Assembly (NCBI GenBank): GCA_010093815.1
Contig: ML996574.1
From: Pseudovirgaria hyperparasitica
Lineage: Eukaryota
Direction: 5' to 3' (one strand)
Length of the DNA stretch: 64,000 nt
Of this stretch, positions 36,901 to 49,506 are shown piece after piece (position 1 is the first letter of the stretch; each line of letters begins with the position of its first letter). Below the pieces are notes generated by a model. It saw only the letters and a list, made by a program, of their open reading frames with translations. It ran no database searches and was not told where the DNA came from. Position numbers and translations under genes: made by a program.

Positions 36901-39128
36901 GAATATATCTAAAGCCAAAATCGGCCGGTGTGAGAATTTTGACGCTTGATGGGTGTGTAATTCCAGGGTATTGTTGATGTCGACTTGATGAGCTAAATGA
37001 GTACAGAGGGGGTGTTCGAGGTATCGTCGAGTTGGAGACTCTTAGACAAATCGAAAACGCTATGGGCGCTAAAATACGGATTCAAACTTTCTTCGATCTG
37101 ATCATAGGAACCAGGTAATGTAGTCCCACGGCGTTCGATCATCTCTACTGACAGTTAAAGTACTGGTGGTATCGTTGCACTCGGCATCGGCGCCATGAAT
37201 TGGACGGTTGAAGAATGCATTGACAAGTTTGAAAAGCTATGCGAGGTTGCATTCACTCGGCGCACGGGTAGCAATTTACCCTTGATTGGATTTCTCGTTG
37301 ACAATTACCATCATTCAAAGTACGAAACAAAGTCACTTGAACAGGCCCTTACATCCGCTTTCGGCGATAGTCAATTCCTATTCGGCGGACAACAAAGGAT
37401 TGAAGACAGAAGTCAGGTCTGCAAAGTAGCCGTTACTGCTACCTCATTAGCTGGAAACCGGACCTTCTTGCTCGCCAATTACAACAGGCCAATTTACAAC
37501 CATATGACAGCCAAGTATCATTTCCAGCGCCCGGAACGAACAAGCCACGAACTGAAAATCTGGGAAGCAGCGCGTGCAACGTCGGCAGCACCTCGTTTTT
37601 TCAAAAGCTACCACCATGAGAAATCTCAGAAGGCGTATGTTGATGGGGCAGTGTATCATAATAACCCTGTCAAACTTGCAGACAATGAGCGCAAAATTTT
37701 ATTTCCGGAGTGGGAGAATGCAGACCTCATAGTCTCCCTCGGCACGTCATTCTCCCGTCAATTACACAGAGCAGAGTCAGAGAAGATACAGGCCGCACAA
37801 CGGGGTGTCGTCTCACATGGAAAGCTCATGATAAATTTGGTCAAGAATCATATGGCGACCTCATTGGATTGCCAAAATGCCTGGGAAGAGTTCTTAGCGC
37901 ATCAGCCGGACTCCATTAAGTACTCGCCAAAGTTCATCCGAATCAATCCAGAATTATCCGGCTCGGTACCTGCGCTGGATGCTGTCAAAGACATGTCAGC
38001 CCTGAGAAATAATGTTCGAGTCATGCTGCAAAACGATACACGGATCAAGCAACTGGCGCTAATGCTGGTCTGTTCGTCATTCTATTTTGAATGTAAAACT
38101 GCATGTATTGCACAGGAGGGTGGGACCTTCAGGGTCGAAGGTAGTACCAGTTCAGATGCTGTCATGCATGGAACTGACTTGATAACAGGTCGAATTTGCT
38201 GCCGGCTTCCACAGCCATCAGGTGAGATGATGGAACTCGGAAGGTTTTTGAAAAGGAAGATTCTCGAAGGTAACGGTGTGACGTTCGTCATTCGCGACCT
38301 TGAACGCCATACGAAGGCCACAGGCAAGATTGAACTCACTACTGAGGTCGTAAACAGGATGATTAGCCAGGGCATCTTTCGGATGCCGGCTAGGAACAAA
38401 TTAACATTAGAAAGCACTTTGTCTCAAACTGATATTTCATTATGGTTCAACGAACAGGACAAGTTTCACATAAGCGGATTTCCGCGCTCACTTTTTGACG
38501 ATGCACAGAACAAGACTCGTGAGTTTGTGTAGCATGCATATGATACTCCTTTGACTGATGATTCCCAGAGTCCCGACCTTTTATCGTCTCGTCATCAACG
38601 CGATATACGCGGGGTTCAAGGAGGAAGAACAAATCGACTCAAGACTGGCAAGCTCCCAACTTGAAGACTTTTGCAAGCCAAGAGAGTCTACGACAATATC
38701 TATGGAACTCAAAAAGTTTGATTGCCGAACGTCATGCGCCGTCGAATGCATCGTCTGACTCACTTGCGCCTTCCACCGCTTCTCGCCAAGGAAGAACATC
38801 CCCAGCCAGAGCAGACGATCAGCCCGGGACCAGACGAGCTTTTCGGGCGCTGTTTTGGCCAGTTAGATCTCGCGTGCGACAAGATATGTCCAGCGAATAC
38901 CCAGAAGTTTTGGGTCAGCAACAGCCATATACAGACAGCATGTCCCATGTAGATTCGAGTCTCGATGATGATGCGCGTACGACGTACCATCAATGGACCA
39001 GAGGACTCACCGGCCTTTCGTCCACGTATGGTAGAGAGCTCGATTCAAGAGGCCCTAATGCACTGTCACGTGGACCTCCTCAGGAGTTGGATGGTCAACC
39101 AGTGCCGCTTGTTGAGCTACCGGGTTGA
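33940..39128 (+). CDS. Multidomain protein: B-box-like Zn finger, P-loop GTPase-like domain, RING finger, patatin-like phospholipase; 5' exons uncertain
   Basis: CEDC..CNIC..CSPCW..H (~34395-34490); GQTGAGKST and DCEG; CLCC..PCGH..CTSC..CP; patatin DGGGVRG and GTSTG (both split by introns) and DGA. Confidence 0.85.
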
Positions 39129-39172
39129 CTTTGTTAAACCTCTCTGGAACTTCGTGAAAGAGTTATCTTAGT

Positions 39173-42100
39173 CTATTTCCTCTTTGGATGTGGATAAGGC
39201 GGAAGAGGTGGCAGAGGAGGCTCTTTTTGCGATGGCTCCGACAGAGCTGGCTTGTCTTTCTGTCGTCGTTCCCGAGGAGGCGGAGGCTGTGGCACTCTTC
39301 CTTCTCTTGTACTTCTGAATGTATCTGGTGGAAGAGGAGGTTCTGGTGCTTGTGTTTTCCTCATGGTAAGTGGATCTGGAGGGAGAGGAGGTTCTGGCAC
39401 TCGTCTTTTTCTGATCAGCTCAGATGGGTCTTGCGAGAAATGAGCCTTTGGTGCGGACTTTATATCAGGCCGGAACTGTTTTTCTTCATGCGTAAGCGGG
39501 AGGCGAGTCGAAGGTCCATCACGTTGCGCTAAAGCCTGTCGGTGCCTTTCGACAAGGCTCACCTGTGGCTTATGAGACTTCTCTGAAGATCCATACAGGA
39601 AATCATCACCGAAGGCATTCAGCTCGTCGATGAAGTCGTCGGGAAGTGGAACATTTACCGGATCAATGACTCCTTGTTCCGGGCCAAGTTCATCTGATTC
39701 GGAATCTGAGTCTGGCAGAGGTATCATTTGACCTTGAACCCAGCGATCATCCGTGTATTCCTCATCTTGCCTCCACTGTTTCAGCGCACGGATGTATACG
39801 CCCTCGTCCATCGGTATTTTGTCATTAGGTTCCATAGGACTCCATCGGTAATCTGGTGGACGATTTAGTGGCTCTGCTATCCTTCCAGCCTCTTTACAGA
39901 ACGGAAAGTCGCCATATTTGTGCATGTACGCCCTCATATCCTGCAAATATTGCTTAAGAACTGGATACCAAGCGTCGCGCCCGAGATTTGATGCAAGATC
40001 GTCAGGCCAGTTCGCTGCTATGCGAAGAATACTCACAACCTCTTCCCAGTGTAGCTCTCTCACTGGTACCAATGTGGTCTTCACGGCACATACTATTGCC
40101 TCCGTACCCTCAATCTTACGAAATGTATGGTCTTCGACCCGGATGTACAGGTCGTCCGGGCCTAATCCCTTTAAGCCATCCAACTCAAAATTGAAATATA
40201 GCTCTGATGGTGCGTAGAGATGGGCTACTAAGTTTTGATCTTTATCTTTAAGGTTTCTTCGTAGCTGCACAAAGAATGTTGAACATCGCATCGCGTATCG
40301 AAAGTTATTGCTAGCCCTAGACAGGTATTAGAGGAATTCACCATTTTGGGAGCACAACCTACTCTTTGCAACTGAGAAACCGGCCAAGCCCGTCTCTCCA
40401 CTGTGGCGCAAAAGGAGTTTCTTTTAATCTTCGGTCTGTTCGTGGGCTGTGAATGGCTTGAGTGTCCATATGGTCGTTCAATCTCCACCCTCCAGGACAT
40501 ACTGTAATCGATGCGGCCCTGCATCAAGTCAGTTCCAAGCTCCAGATTTATGCCAGTATCCAGTCCACATACCATTCATAATAGTCTCCAGCACGATCCT
40601 CTTCCTCCTCTTTCATCCCATCGAGTTTCGTCAGCATCCTCGGACACCTCAGCAGCACATTGAAATCCTCCACCGCCACCCGGCCCACGCCCATCAAGCT
40701 ACTCTCCAACGCGTCCTCCCTCCCCGCCGTCCCGTCAAACGCACCTCTCCACAACATCTTCTCCTTCCAAAACTCCTGGCCCCTAGCCCTATACTCATCC
40801 GCCTTCCCTCGCACCTTCTCCCGCCAATAATCACAAGGCGCCGCATCAATCAGATAATGCGTCACCATGCGATGCATCGCCACACACGCATCCTCAACCT
40901 GCGCCATGCGCTTCTCGTCGTTGAACTGCTTGTACCGCACAATCTCGCTTAGCTTGGCGTGCATGATCACGTTGCGCGCATACGAGGTCTCGAAGTGGTC
41001 CTTGTCCACCGTCAGCCAGGGCGTGCTGTATGGGTCGAAGCGCTGTGGCTTCATCAGGAATGTGTGCGGGGCCCGTTTGAGGCATTTGTGCGGGCAGGCA
41101 GGGCGGAGATTAGCGAGCGGGTCGCCTGGGGGTGGCTTCGGCGGCTTTGGGGTCCTGTGGAGTGGGAATGTACGTTTGGGGGGCTTGGATGGGGGGTTTG
41201 GGGCTTGGGATGCTTGGGCGTAGGCTGCTGGGGTGGCGTGGTGGGAGGGGGTGAATATGGGTGGTAGAGGGGATGGTGGGAGAGGGGGCATGGGCTTGGG
41301 GATTGATGGGGCGTCAGGCTGCTGAAGGGTTCTTGGATCATGTGGATGGACGTTGTGACGTGGCTCGATGATGCGGCGCTTGTGGCGAGTGGATTGTGAG
41401 GGCCATTCTGACTGTTCTGGTTCTGCTGGGTCTTGGGTGTCAGTTGCGTGGCGCTTCGGGGGTCGAGGTGTGGTGTGCTTGTTTGGCTGTGCGGGATCAG
41501 GGATAGGAATAGGTTGATGCTGTCGAGCGTGGGCAATTTGCGGCGTCGTCTCGACGGACCATGGGTTGGATGTGTCTAGGAGGTTGAGGTAGTCATTCGC
41601 TGCAGACTTTCCTGTAGGGGGGATGAAGTTGTTTGTCGGAGGCACAGAGGTCTGAATATTAGCAGCACGTGTTTTGGGGGATATTATGTTCTGAGAGTTC
41701 GTAGAAGGTGGTGGTGGTCTCATCATATACTCTTCGGCGGGAGGATTTAGGTTTGCTTCGTTGCTCGCAGCTTTATGTGGAGAGGGTGCATTACTCTTTT
41801 CTTTGTGATGTTCAATAGTTGGGACTTTTGGACCGGTCCATCCATCTATCAAAGACGATGCGCCGGGTATGACATAGTACGTCTCTGCGTCAGAACAAGA
41901 CTCCTTTACTGTCTGTGATTGAGACACGGCTGGCTTGGTGATATCCCGGCTTCTACTCGCGCTCGATTCAGCGCCGTGTGGTAGACCGACTTGTTCTGGA
42001 CTTGATGTAACGACTTGGTCCTTCGATCTGGTGGGTAGCTCATCCCAAGGGAGCCTGTAGGTAGCTTTTCCTTTCATTTTGCCATGGAAAGATTCCGTAG

Positions 42101-42854
42101 CGAAATCTCTCGTATCGAGAGTCTTGTCTTGATCGGCGGTATCGTCATCACTGTCACCTCCTAGAGCTCCACGCACAACATCTCTCAACATCCTACCACC
42201 CTCCCTCTGCACCCCCTTTCCTTGCTCATACCTAGGCCCATGATCCAGCGTTGCTTCCCTCGACGAAGCAGGCGTGAATTGCGTAACCCCGTCCTCATCA
42301 CCATCCTCTTCCACCAACTCCTCATATATACCACTCATGCCACCCCTTCCACTCCCACCCCAACGCTCTTCATACGGCTCCGGCGACCGCGTATATCGCC
42401 TTTCGTCATCCAACACAGTCGCACGCAGTCCCGTGAGCCCAAACTCCTCGTCCAGCTCAGGATGCTCCAACGAATCGTCATCATCACTGCGCCCCGTGAC
42501 CGGTGGCGTCCTCAAGGCTCTGGACCGCTCGTCCTCGTTGAAGGTTTCATAGTCATCTAGACTATCGTCAGAAAGGGCCTGTCTGAGTGCTGCGCTAGCG
42601 TTCAGCATTGAGAATGCGGGCTCTTGTGCGCTGCTAGCATCGTGCTCTGTAGTCGCAGAGGGGTCGGGATCGTAGGTTATGCGGAGGTTTATGTCGTCGA
42701 CATAGTTACTGGTATTGTCTTCTTCTTCACCTTCATCGTCGCCGTCGGCGTCAAAGTAGTAGGATAGGTCGTCGTACGTGCCAAGGTCACTGCCGGCTGA
42801 GTGGTTGTCGGAGGAAGATGGACAGGGGTCGTCGGCGGGGGTTTCGGATCTCAT
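39173..42854 (-). CDS. DUF3445/heme-dependent N-demethylase alpha-like domain protein with long disordered termini (~1193 aa, 3 exons)
   Basis: Introns 40572-40519 and 40362-40317 join the 768-aa and 372-aa ORFs in frame. Motifs WLTVD, VEDFNVL, CPGGW, AIHSP and YIRVEDHTFRKI resemble DUF3445 order and spacing. Confidence 0.7.
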
Positions 42855-43284
42855 GGCTTGCGAGGGTTTGACTGGAGAGGATGATTCCGACGGGAAGCAG
42901 GGAGCAAGGATGAAGAAGGATAAAAGAGAATCCTGTCGTTGTGTCGGGGCGTTGCCTGTGCATGTTATATCCCGAGTTCATGGCAGATTGGCTACTACAT
43001 TGTATACGCCTGCTTTGTCTCCATGCCGCGCGCGTTTGATTCTTCGTCTAAACATTGATTTATGGTGGAGATATGACAAAGGACTTGCGCATGGGAGTAT
43101 CAGATTTAGGTATTAAACAATGCCGCACCGGACGTATAGTACACTTTGTATCTATGACTATGATTCCCCGTAAAAAGACGACCTCTCCTCTATCGTAGGC
43201 AACAACCTCCGTGTCGTCTCCTGCGATCTCTTCGGAAGCCTCCCTACACCATAACAGTCAGCACTCTATCCTTTCTGTACGATG

Positions 43285-43932
43285 CTAGTAACACTTACCA
43301 TTTTCCACAACCGGCCCTTCGCTCCGCAGCGCCACCAGTCCAGAGTCTTCCATCCCTTCCACGCCATACCACTCGTCAAACGGCTTCTCGGCCACCGCTG
43401 GCTTTGGTGTCATCTGCGGATAGTAATTTGGGAGCCACGAGTCCTCGTGGATCTGTGAAGACGACGCCTGTGGCACGTGCGCGTACGGATTCTCCGTCTG
43501 CAAGATCTCAGCGGCGCGGTCTTTCCCGCGTTTCGAATTGGCGGCGCGAGGCAAGTCTGATAGCTGGTTGCTGCCGTAAATATCGATGTATTGCGGTGGT
43601 GTCGCGTGAGTCGGGTATATTGTGGTGCTGCCGCGGGGATTATGTGTTGAGGTGTGCTCGAACGCGGCTGCATTTCTTGTAGGGAGCGGATTCTCGACGT
43701 GTCTAAATGCTGTCGTGGTAGGTAGTGCTGCGTGTTGCTCTCGCTGTCGTGCTGCAAGAATTGTGGCGTCGTAGTTCTTGTGGTGTATTTTTCGGGGGGA
43801 AATCCACCTGAGTAAAACGTAGCCGAAGAAGAGAATGTTGAATAGGAGAGTGATGCCGTTGATTATGGTGGGCACGGTAAAGTGGCCTTGGCCGAAGATC
43901 ATGTTTTGTAGATATAGGCTTGGTTGTGACAA
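43285..43932 (-). CDS. Hypothetical single-pass membrane protein (first ATG near 43902)
   Basis: About 200-aa ORF with one hydrophobic segment (IINGITLLFNILFFGYVLL); no recognised domain. Confidence 0.5.
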   Translation of the reverse strand: MSQPSLYLQNMIFGQGHFTVPTIINGITLLFNILFFGYVLLRWISPRKIHHKNYDATILAARQREQHAALPTTTAFRHVENPLPTRNAAAFEHTSTHNPRGSTTIYPTHATPPQYIDIYGSNQLSDLPRAANSKRGKDRAAEILQTENPYAHVPQASSSQIHEDSWLPNYYPQMTPKPAVAEKPFDEWYGVEGMEDSGLVALRSEGPVVENGKCY

Positions 43933-45001
43933 TGTAGACAGAGAAACGGAGAGAAGTTTTCGATATGTGTGAAAATGTAATAGACAAATTGAAACGTTCG
44001 AAAGAAGTGACAGAGAAGTGCGGCGCTGGCAGAATTATGAAGTCATGAACAATTGAGTTTCAAGGATTTGTTGATATTCTGTGATAGCAACCCACCACAC
44101 TCGACCCACTGAACAGCGCGTTACGTATCGTCGTCAAGACTATACATGTAAAGCATTGTGAAGACATTGTCATACTAACAATGTTTAGCCGATGCTGGTT
44201 GGACACCACCGTGAACGACAGGTCCTTTCTTCTTACCCTCCAGACAGACTGTAGCTCTGAGTTCCAGAGTCGGTTTCGAAGTGGCCTCGATCCCGTCAAC
44301 CTCGGGATATGATCAAGAGATAGATGTATTCTGCTCCACCGCATCGTCTATAATCACTCTCACCATCCTAATGATCTCAAGCTCGACCTTCTCACACTCT
44401 GCCGACCACTTCATCCTAACATTATGGATGAGGTGGAGACTTGCATCATGCCGATGACGACAGGCTATTGTGTTTGAGACAGCGTGTTTTGGTAGCAAAA
44501 GAAGATCATGGATATTCGGTAATGAAGTAGGCTCTCGGGCTCTTTTCGAATGCAAGTACTTGTTCTCAACGCCCTTTGATAGCACGCACACCCAGCAGTC
44601 GCTTCATAGAATTCATCTTGGCTCGCTCACATACAATGTAGCTGTGTAGTATGCCAACCAAGACAGGCAGCGTGACCTGGTTGAGCCATGCTATTCGACA
44701 TTTTTTCAGCGGGTGGCGGAGTCATGCAAACATGTCGAGACATGTCGTGGAAGAACACTGTTTGTACAGTGTGGGTCGAAGCAAGCTACAGGTTCACTGG
44801 TCGTAGAACGACTAGGACCAATCGTGGACTGGATATGTGATTGTATTGATCAATATGGGTATCTCAAGAATTTTGCCGGCCTAGTTTCTCACCCGCCAAA
44901 GGATTTTGCCAGGTGACAGACAGTGTTGGCGGGTCATATTACGTGCAGGTGGCGTAAGGCGGCTAGAACGATGATAACATGATGTGATCTGAACGTATCC
45001 T

Positions 45002-46018
45002 TCACTTCTTGTCCCATCTCCTCCACCATGTCTCCATCTCGTTGTGCTTTACTTTCCACATCTGCCTCAGCTCTTTTGGACCCGCTGTCCAGAACTTCTC
45101 GTGTAAACTCTTGACCTCTCCTTGGACATCTTTTTGGTTCGGCCACGTCGCACTCCACTTGTAATCCAGCTCGCGCCATGGCATCGGCCCCTCTCGTCGA
45201 AAGGCATAGTTCAGGAGGCTCTGCTCCATCGTCTCGGGATCGAAGCGATGATAGTGCTGCATGACACTCATAAGATATGCGTATAACTCTTTACTCGGCG
45301 CGACCAGCCAGAAGCCAGCGCTGAAATTCGGTGTTTGGAGTGGTGGAAACGGGTGCGCACGTTCACCCGTGAACGCATTGTCGGACCGTGCACCGAACAG
45401 ATACTGCGCAGGGAGCTGTGCTTCATCTGCCTTAGGCTTGCGCGATGGAGTGTGCAGAGTATCGACAGGCTGGTGAGCTTCCGGCTCCTGAAATATGCCA
45501 TCAAGCGGCCGCGTGAGCAGTGTGTCTGCGTCGACAAAGAGGATGCGGTCGTATTGTGTCCATTCCAGCACACGTAGCTTCGTGAACTGGTCGGCCCAGC
45601 GCGTCACGTATGTGCGCACCCACCACGCTGTTGGGACATCCTCGACCTCTACAACTTGCGCGCCGTCTTTTTCAAGGCGCGCACGTTTCTCTTGGTCCAC
45701 TCTTGCACTGACGAGAACGATGAATGGGATGCTTGAGTTGCGCCGCTTTGTGTCATTGTCGTGGAGGAGCTGGTATGATAGCACTCGCGCTGCTTCGAAG
45801 TACCAATCGCGCTCGTCGGGTTTCTTTTGTAGACCACCCGTAAGATAGGTCACAATCGCAAATTTGGAGTCTTGGTCGATTGCGCTCAGCTTCCCATAGT
45901 TGGGATCCAGCGGGGGTGCGGAGCGGAAGGCAGAGGACCGAGTCCACGACAGGATGCAGAAGGTGATGACCAGGAAGATGGCCACAATGGCGGACCGTCG
46001 TCGGTCTATTGAGATCAT
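45002..46018 (-). CDS. Glycosyltransferase family 8, type II membrane protein
   Basis: N-terminal TM anchor, FTKLRV, YDRILFVDAD (DxD), FSAGF and EQSLLN motifs. Confidence 0.9.
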   Translation of the reverse strand: MISIDRRRSAIVAIFLVITFCILSWTRSSAFRSAPPLDPNYGKLSAIDQDSKFAIVTYLTGGLQKKPDERDWYFEAARVLSYQLLHDNDTKRRNSSIPFIVLVSARVDQEKRARLEKDGAQVVEVEDVPTAWWVRTYVTRWADQFTKLRVLEWTQYDRILFVDADTLLTRPLDGIFQEPEAHQPVDTLHTPSRKPKADEAQLPAQYLFGARSDNAFTGERAHPFPPLQTPNFSAGFWLVAPSKELYAYLMSVMQHYHRFDPETMEQSLLNYAFRREGPMPWRELDYKWSATWPNQKDVQGEVKSLHEKFWTAGPKELRQMWKVKHNEMETWWRRWDKK

Positions 46019-46521
46019 AATGGTAGACGATTTTGTCGCGGAGCCATTGGGCGCGAAGTAGAAGCTTGAACTTGAGATCGAAGCTCACAGCGGAGTGAGT
46101 GGATTAGTAGTTACCTTAAGCGGTCGCGTGCATCCATCAATCCCGCGCCCCGGGATGTGGCTTGGCCAGAAAGGGGCAGAATTGATTGCTTAATTCCTGT
46201 TGCTCTGAATGGTTCGGTAAACCCCGCATCATATAACCGCCACTACATTCATGTCATTGCTGAGGTAGAGGTAAAATAGTAGAATAATATTCACAAGAAG
46301 CACGAGCCAGAAAAAATCAACCCAGGAGGCGGAGACAAAGCTGTAATCACCCTCAAATGTAGCCGGGTTGGAGTGCACATATACCGAACTCGAGCCATAT
46401 GTCATTCCCCAGTTTGAGATCCTCAAAGCATTGAATGAAGTCTTAGACTCTATCCTGGCCGGTCCAGAGCATGATGCTATTAGCCCGAGCCCTGACCAAA
46501 AGCGCACACTGCCCACAAGTC

Positions 46522-48387
46522 TCACTTCGCCTCCAACAGTCCAACCTTCTCCCATGTCCTCGCATCCTCAGACCTCCCGTCCTCTCTTAACGCATCAACC
46601 AGTTTGTCCAAAATGTGCATCGTGGTCGGCGCCTGACCCCATACCCGGAGTGCAATCCCGACCGCTCGTTTCAACCAGACGATGCCCTCGCCACTATCCC
46701 CCATCTTCTCATACAACTCCGCCACATCCTCCATCCCATGCGCTGCAATCCCATCAGTGAAGTACTCGACTTCTCCAGAAACAACATCACCGCCAGCGGC
46801 TTCGTCTCTTCGCGAGCCTGGTCCCGGACATCGTATAACTCGCTGACATTCATGTAGCGCATGTGTGTACTGTCCAGCAGCCATATAAGCATGCACCAGC
46901 TCACTCGCCGCAGCCCGCGTCTTCTCATCGTATGGCCCGAAATCAACGCTGGCTAATGCGACCACATCGCGTGCTTGCACAACGGCCTTGGTAACATTGC
47001 CTTCACGTCTACTCCACTTCGCCTGTGCGGAACTCAGCCTATGGCGAACGGTGGGAACTGAACATATACGGTGCGAGCCTAGGAGTGAGGCCATGTATGT
47101 AAATGCACGCGCTGAGAGTTCGAGCGAGTGATCATCGGCGGCAAGCGCGGTGCATAGAGCAGCCAAGGGGTGCATAGGTGCGAGGGTAGTACTGGCCATG
47201 GAGGAGAGGAAGGACAGGATGTTGGCACGTAGGGGCAAACAGATCCGAGTGTTGAAGGGCGAAAGACGCAGGAGTAATTGAAGAGGAAAGTCGAATGGGA
47301 TAGAGGAGAGGGCTTTAGAGGCATTTGCGCAAGCAGATTGGATGGCTGCGAAGGCGCGTGAAGGTGTCTTGGTGCATAATGGCTTGCTGGCTGCGTATTT
47401 AAGGAGGTAGATGCCGGTGTTGATATCGAACCAAAATGGGCGGGAAGCAGCCGTGGTGTAATGGCTCTGGATGTCGTCTTGCTTAGAGAATTCGTGAGAG
47501 TAAAATTGATGTATGCTCCCCAGTATGATATTGAGCTGTTGTAGCTCGCGAGGAGTGGCTATTTGTGGTGGTAGTCCGCCAGCCTGGTCGACAACTTGTG
47601 AAACACATATTAGATTACTAAACGGTCCGCAACTTGTCGTTGACCCGATTAAGGAGATTGGTCGAGAATCACTTGAACCCATATATCCATAACCTGGAAA
47701 GTGTTCCGCTGTTGGTGAGTGAGAGCTAAATGACTCCCTGACGTGTGTGTGGTGAGCTCTAACAGACTGCCCATCTGTAGGAGTCAATGGCTCCTCTTTC
47801 ATAACAGGCGTCCCAATCGAGTCCACACGGTCAGCATTGCGGTTCAGGGCGGTTGTATGACTCCAGGTAGTCTCTATGTCAGAGGACGGGCTGCTTGAAT
47901 TGGTCCTCTGGCAAGAGACGCAGCGGCCGTTGCGAGTAGTACGCTTTGATGGAGCAAAATGGTGCTCAGGCAGCGAACTTCGATACGAGTTGTCGGTTAT
48001 GGTACTTTTTGGCAGAAGCTGTCCAGTTTGTCGATATCTCTTTTCTGGTCCTCGTGATTTCGTGACTCGAGACTTTCTGGCTTTGGGGGGATTTGGTGAC
48101 CCATGGGTTACGGGTTGCCTGACGGCTTGTTTCGTCTTAAAGACTTGCCAACGTCGGAACCTGCTGTCGTACATCCGCTTACTGGATATAATCAGTAATG
48201 GGTACATGTAGATGGGATCTTCCCACCTTGCATTGAAGCTGTGGTGACGCTTCATAAAATCACTTAGATCCTTCAACGACATCTTGTGGTACAATTGGGT
48301 AATCGTTTCTCTATGCGACTCCCATTGCTCAGCAGAAGGCCCTTGCGTATACTTCAGTTCAGAAACCGACATGATGGTTGGTTGCAT
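46522..48387 (-). CDS. Clr5-domain protein with a helical/TPR-like C-terminus
   Basis: WESHRETITQLY..L..L..FM...H.F.A-SKRMY..RF..W.V.K Clr5 signature; probable in-frame 45-nt intron 48226-48182. Confidence 0.8.
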   Translation of the reverse strand: MQPTIMSVSELKYTQGPSAEQWESHRETITQLYHKMSLKDLSDFMKRHHSFNARWEDPIYMYPLLIISSKRMYDSRFRRWQVFKTKQAVRQPVTHGSPNPPKARKSRVTKSRGPEKRYRQTGQLLPKSTITDNSYRSSLPEHHFAPSKRTTRNGRCVSCQRTNSSSPSSDIETTWSHTTALNRNADRVDSIGTPVMKEEPLTPTDGQSVRAHHTHVRESFSSHSPTAEHFPGYGYMGSSDSRPISLIGSTTSCGPFSNLICVSQVVDQAGGLPPQIATPRELQQLNIILGSIHQFYSHEFSKQDDIQSHYTTAASRPFWFDINTGIYLLKYAASKPLCTKTPSRAFAAIQSACANASKALSSIPFDFPLQLLLRLSPFNTRICLPLRANILSFLSSMASTTLAPMHPLAALCTALAADDHSLELSARAFTYMASLLGSHRICSVPTVRHRLSSAQAKWSRREGNVTKAVVQARDVVALASVDFGPYDEKTRAAASELVHAYMAAGQYTHALHECQRVIRCPGPGSRRDEAAGGDVVSGEVEYFTDGIAAHGMEDVAELYEKMGDSGEGIVWLKRAVGIALRVWGQAPTTMHILDKLVDALREDGRSEDARTWEKVGLLEAK

Positions 48388-48969
48388 CAGTGGTCGAGAT
48401 CCTGCAATTTGCGCGAGATCCTTTTAGGGTATTCTTGCAACAGGGTGAGGCTGTATCGGGGCATCGCCTTGCCAAGAATCTACAGTGCGAGATGAATACA
48501 CCGTCTTGCACGTCTGAACTGGGTAAAGGCGAGAATTCTAGGTGGCTTAGGTTGTAGATATACCCGTAAAGATTTGTTCTGCCCTATGGGGCTGTAGATG
48601 GTCTCCCAGCCGCACGAGACGATACCCTTAACGGTGTAGTGCTTAGTGGTACGTCAGCAACTGGCAAGGAAGACCCTGACAGGCAGCTAGGATCATACTG
48701 CCGGCAAACGAGCTGTAATAGGAGGAAGATATATGCCTTGCTGTAATAGACGAGTGCATGTCAATACTATCTTGCTTGCTGCTCTTAAGCTGAGGTCCAA
48801 CTCCATAAAGCAAAACTATATTTATTCAATATATAGGAAAAACAATAGTACACAAAAGAATTCATCAGACGAAACAGTCGATCTTTAAAGAACTCAGGAA
48901 AGACCTGTCACGGCTGAGCTTGGTAGCATCGGCATAGATGGTAGTTAAAGAAAGGAGACTGGGAGTGGA

Positions 48970-49506
48970 GTTAGCACACTCTGGTAAGTAATGATAGACA
49001 AGACGCTAGTTCTCATCTGGACTAGCTCACTCACGCCGAGAGAGCTGAGAAAACACACGCCGTTCCCAGGACTGGAAGTGATTCCAACAACTGCACCATC
49101 TTGTAGGAGGAATACGACTCTCCGCCGGCCAGCATGGAGTTAAGTAAGAAGCCGAGTAATGACGCGGAGCGCTTCAGGTAGAATTGCTCCTCGATCGTGA
49201 TACTGCTGAATTCCTGCTCGACGTACAGCAGGCTGCCGAACAGTACCAAATTGCTTCCTAGGCCGAATGAGCCCTACCAGCCAGCAAGTGTCAGCTTCGA
49301 GCAGTCGAATAAATACCATATCAAGGCTGATGAATGCTACTTACGATGGCGAGTGATGCCCACGAAACGTTTGAACCCATCGCATGTTTATCGGTAGCGA
49401 AAACATAGTAACCAAAGGCGATGAAGCTGGCCAGAACCAGCACTAAATGTGTAATTACACAGCAACAGTGCGTTATGATCCAGTTGGAGTCTCGAAACGA
49501 TGCCAT
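48970..49506 (-). CDS. Small hypothetical multi-pass membrane protein; 3' end uncertain
   Basis: ORFs 49321-49506 and 49031-49249 are joined by a GTAAGT..GCTGAC..TAG intron, with a second GTGAGT donor near 49033. Hydrophobic segments present. Confidence 0.45.

Noticed and set aside
27475..39128. Secondary-metabolite cluster around the P450
   Set aside because: No PKS, NRPS, terpene synthase, transporter or cluster transcription factor nearby, and the small secreted protein lacks KR-delimited RiPP core repeats.
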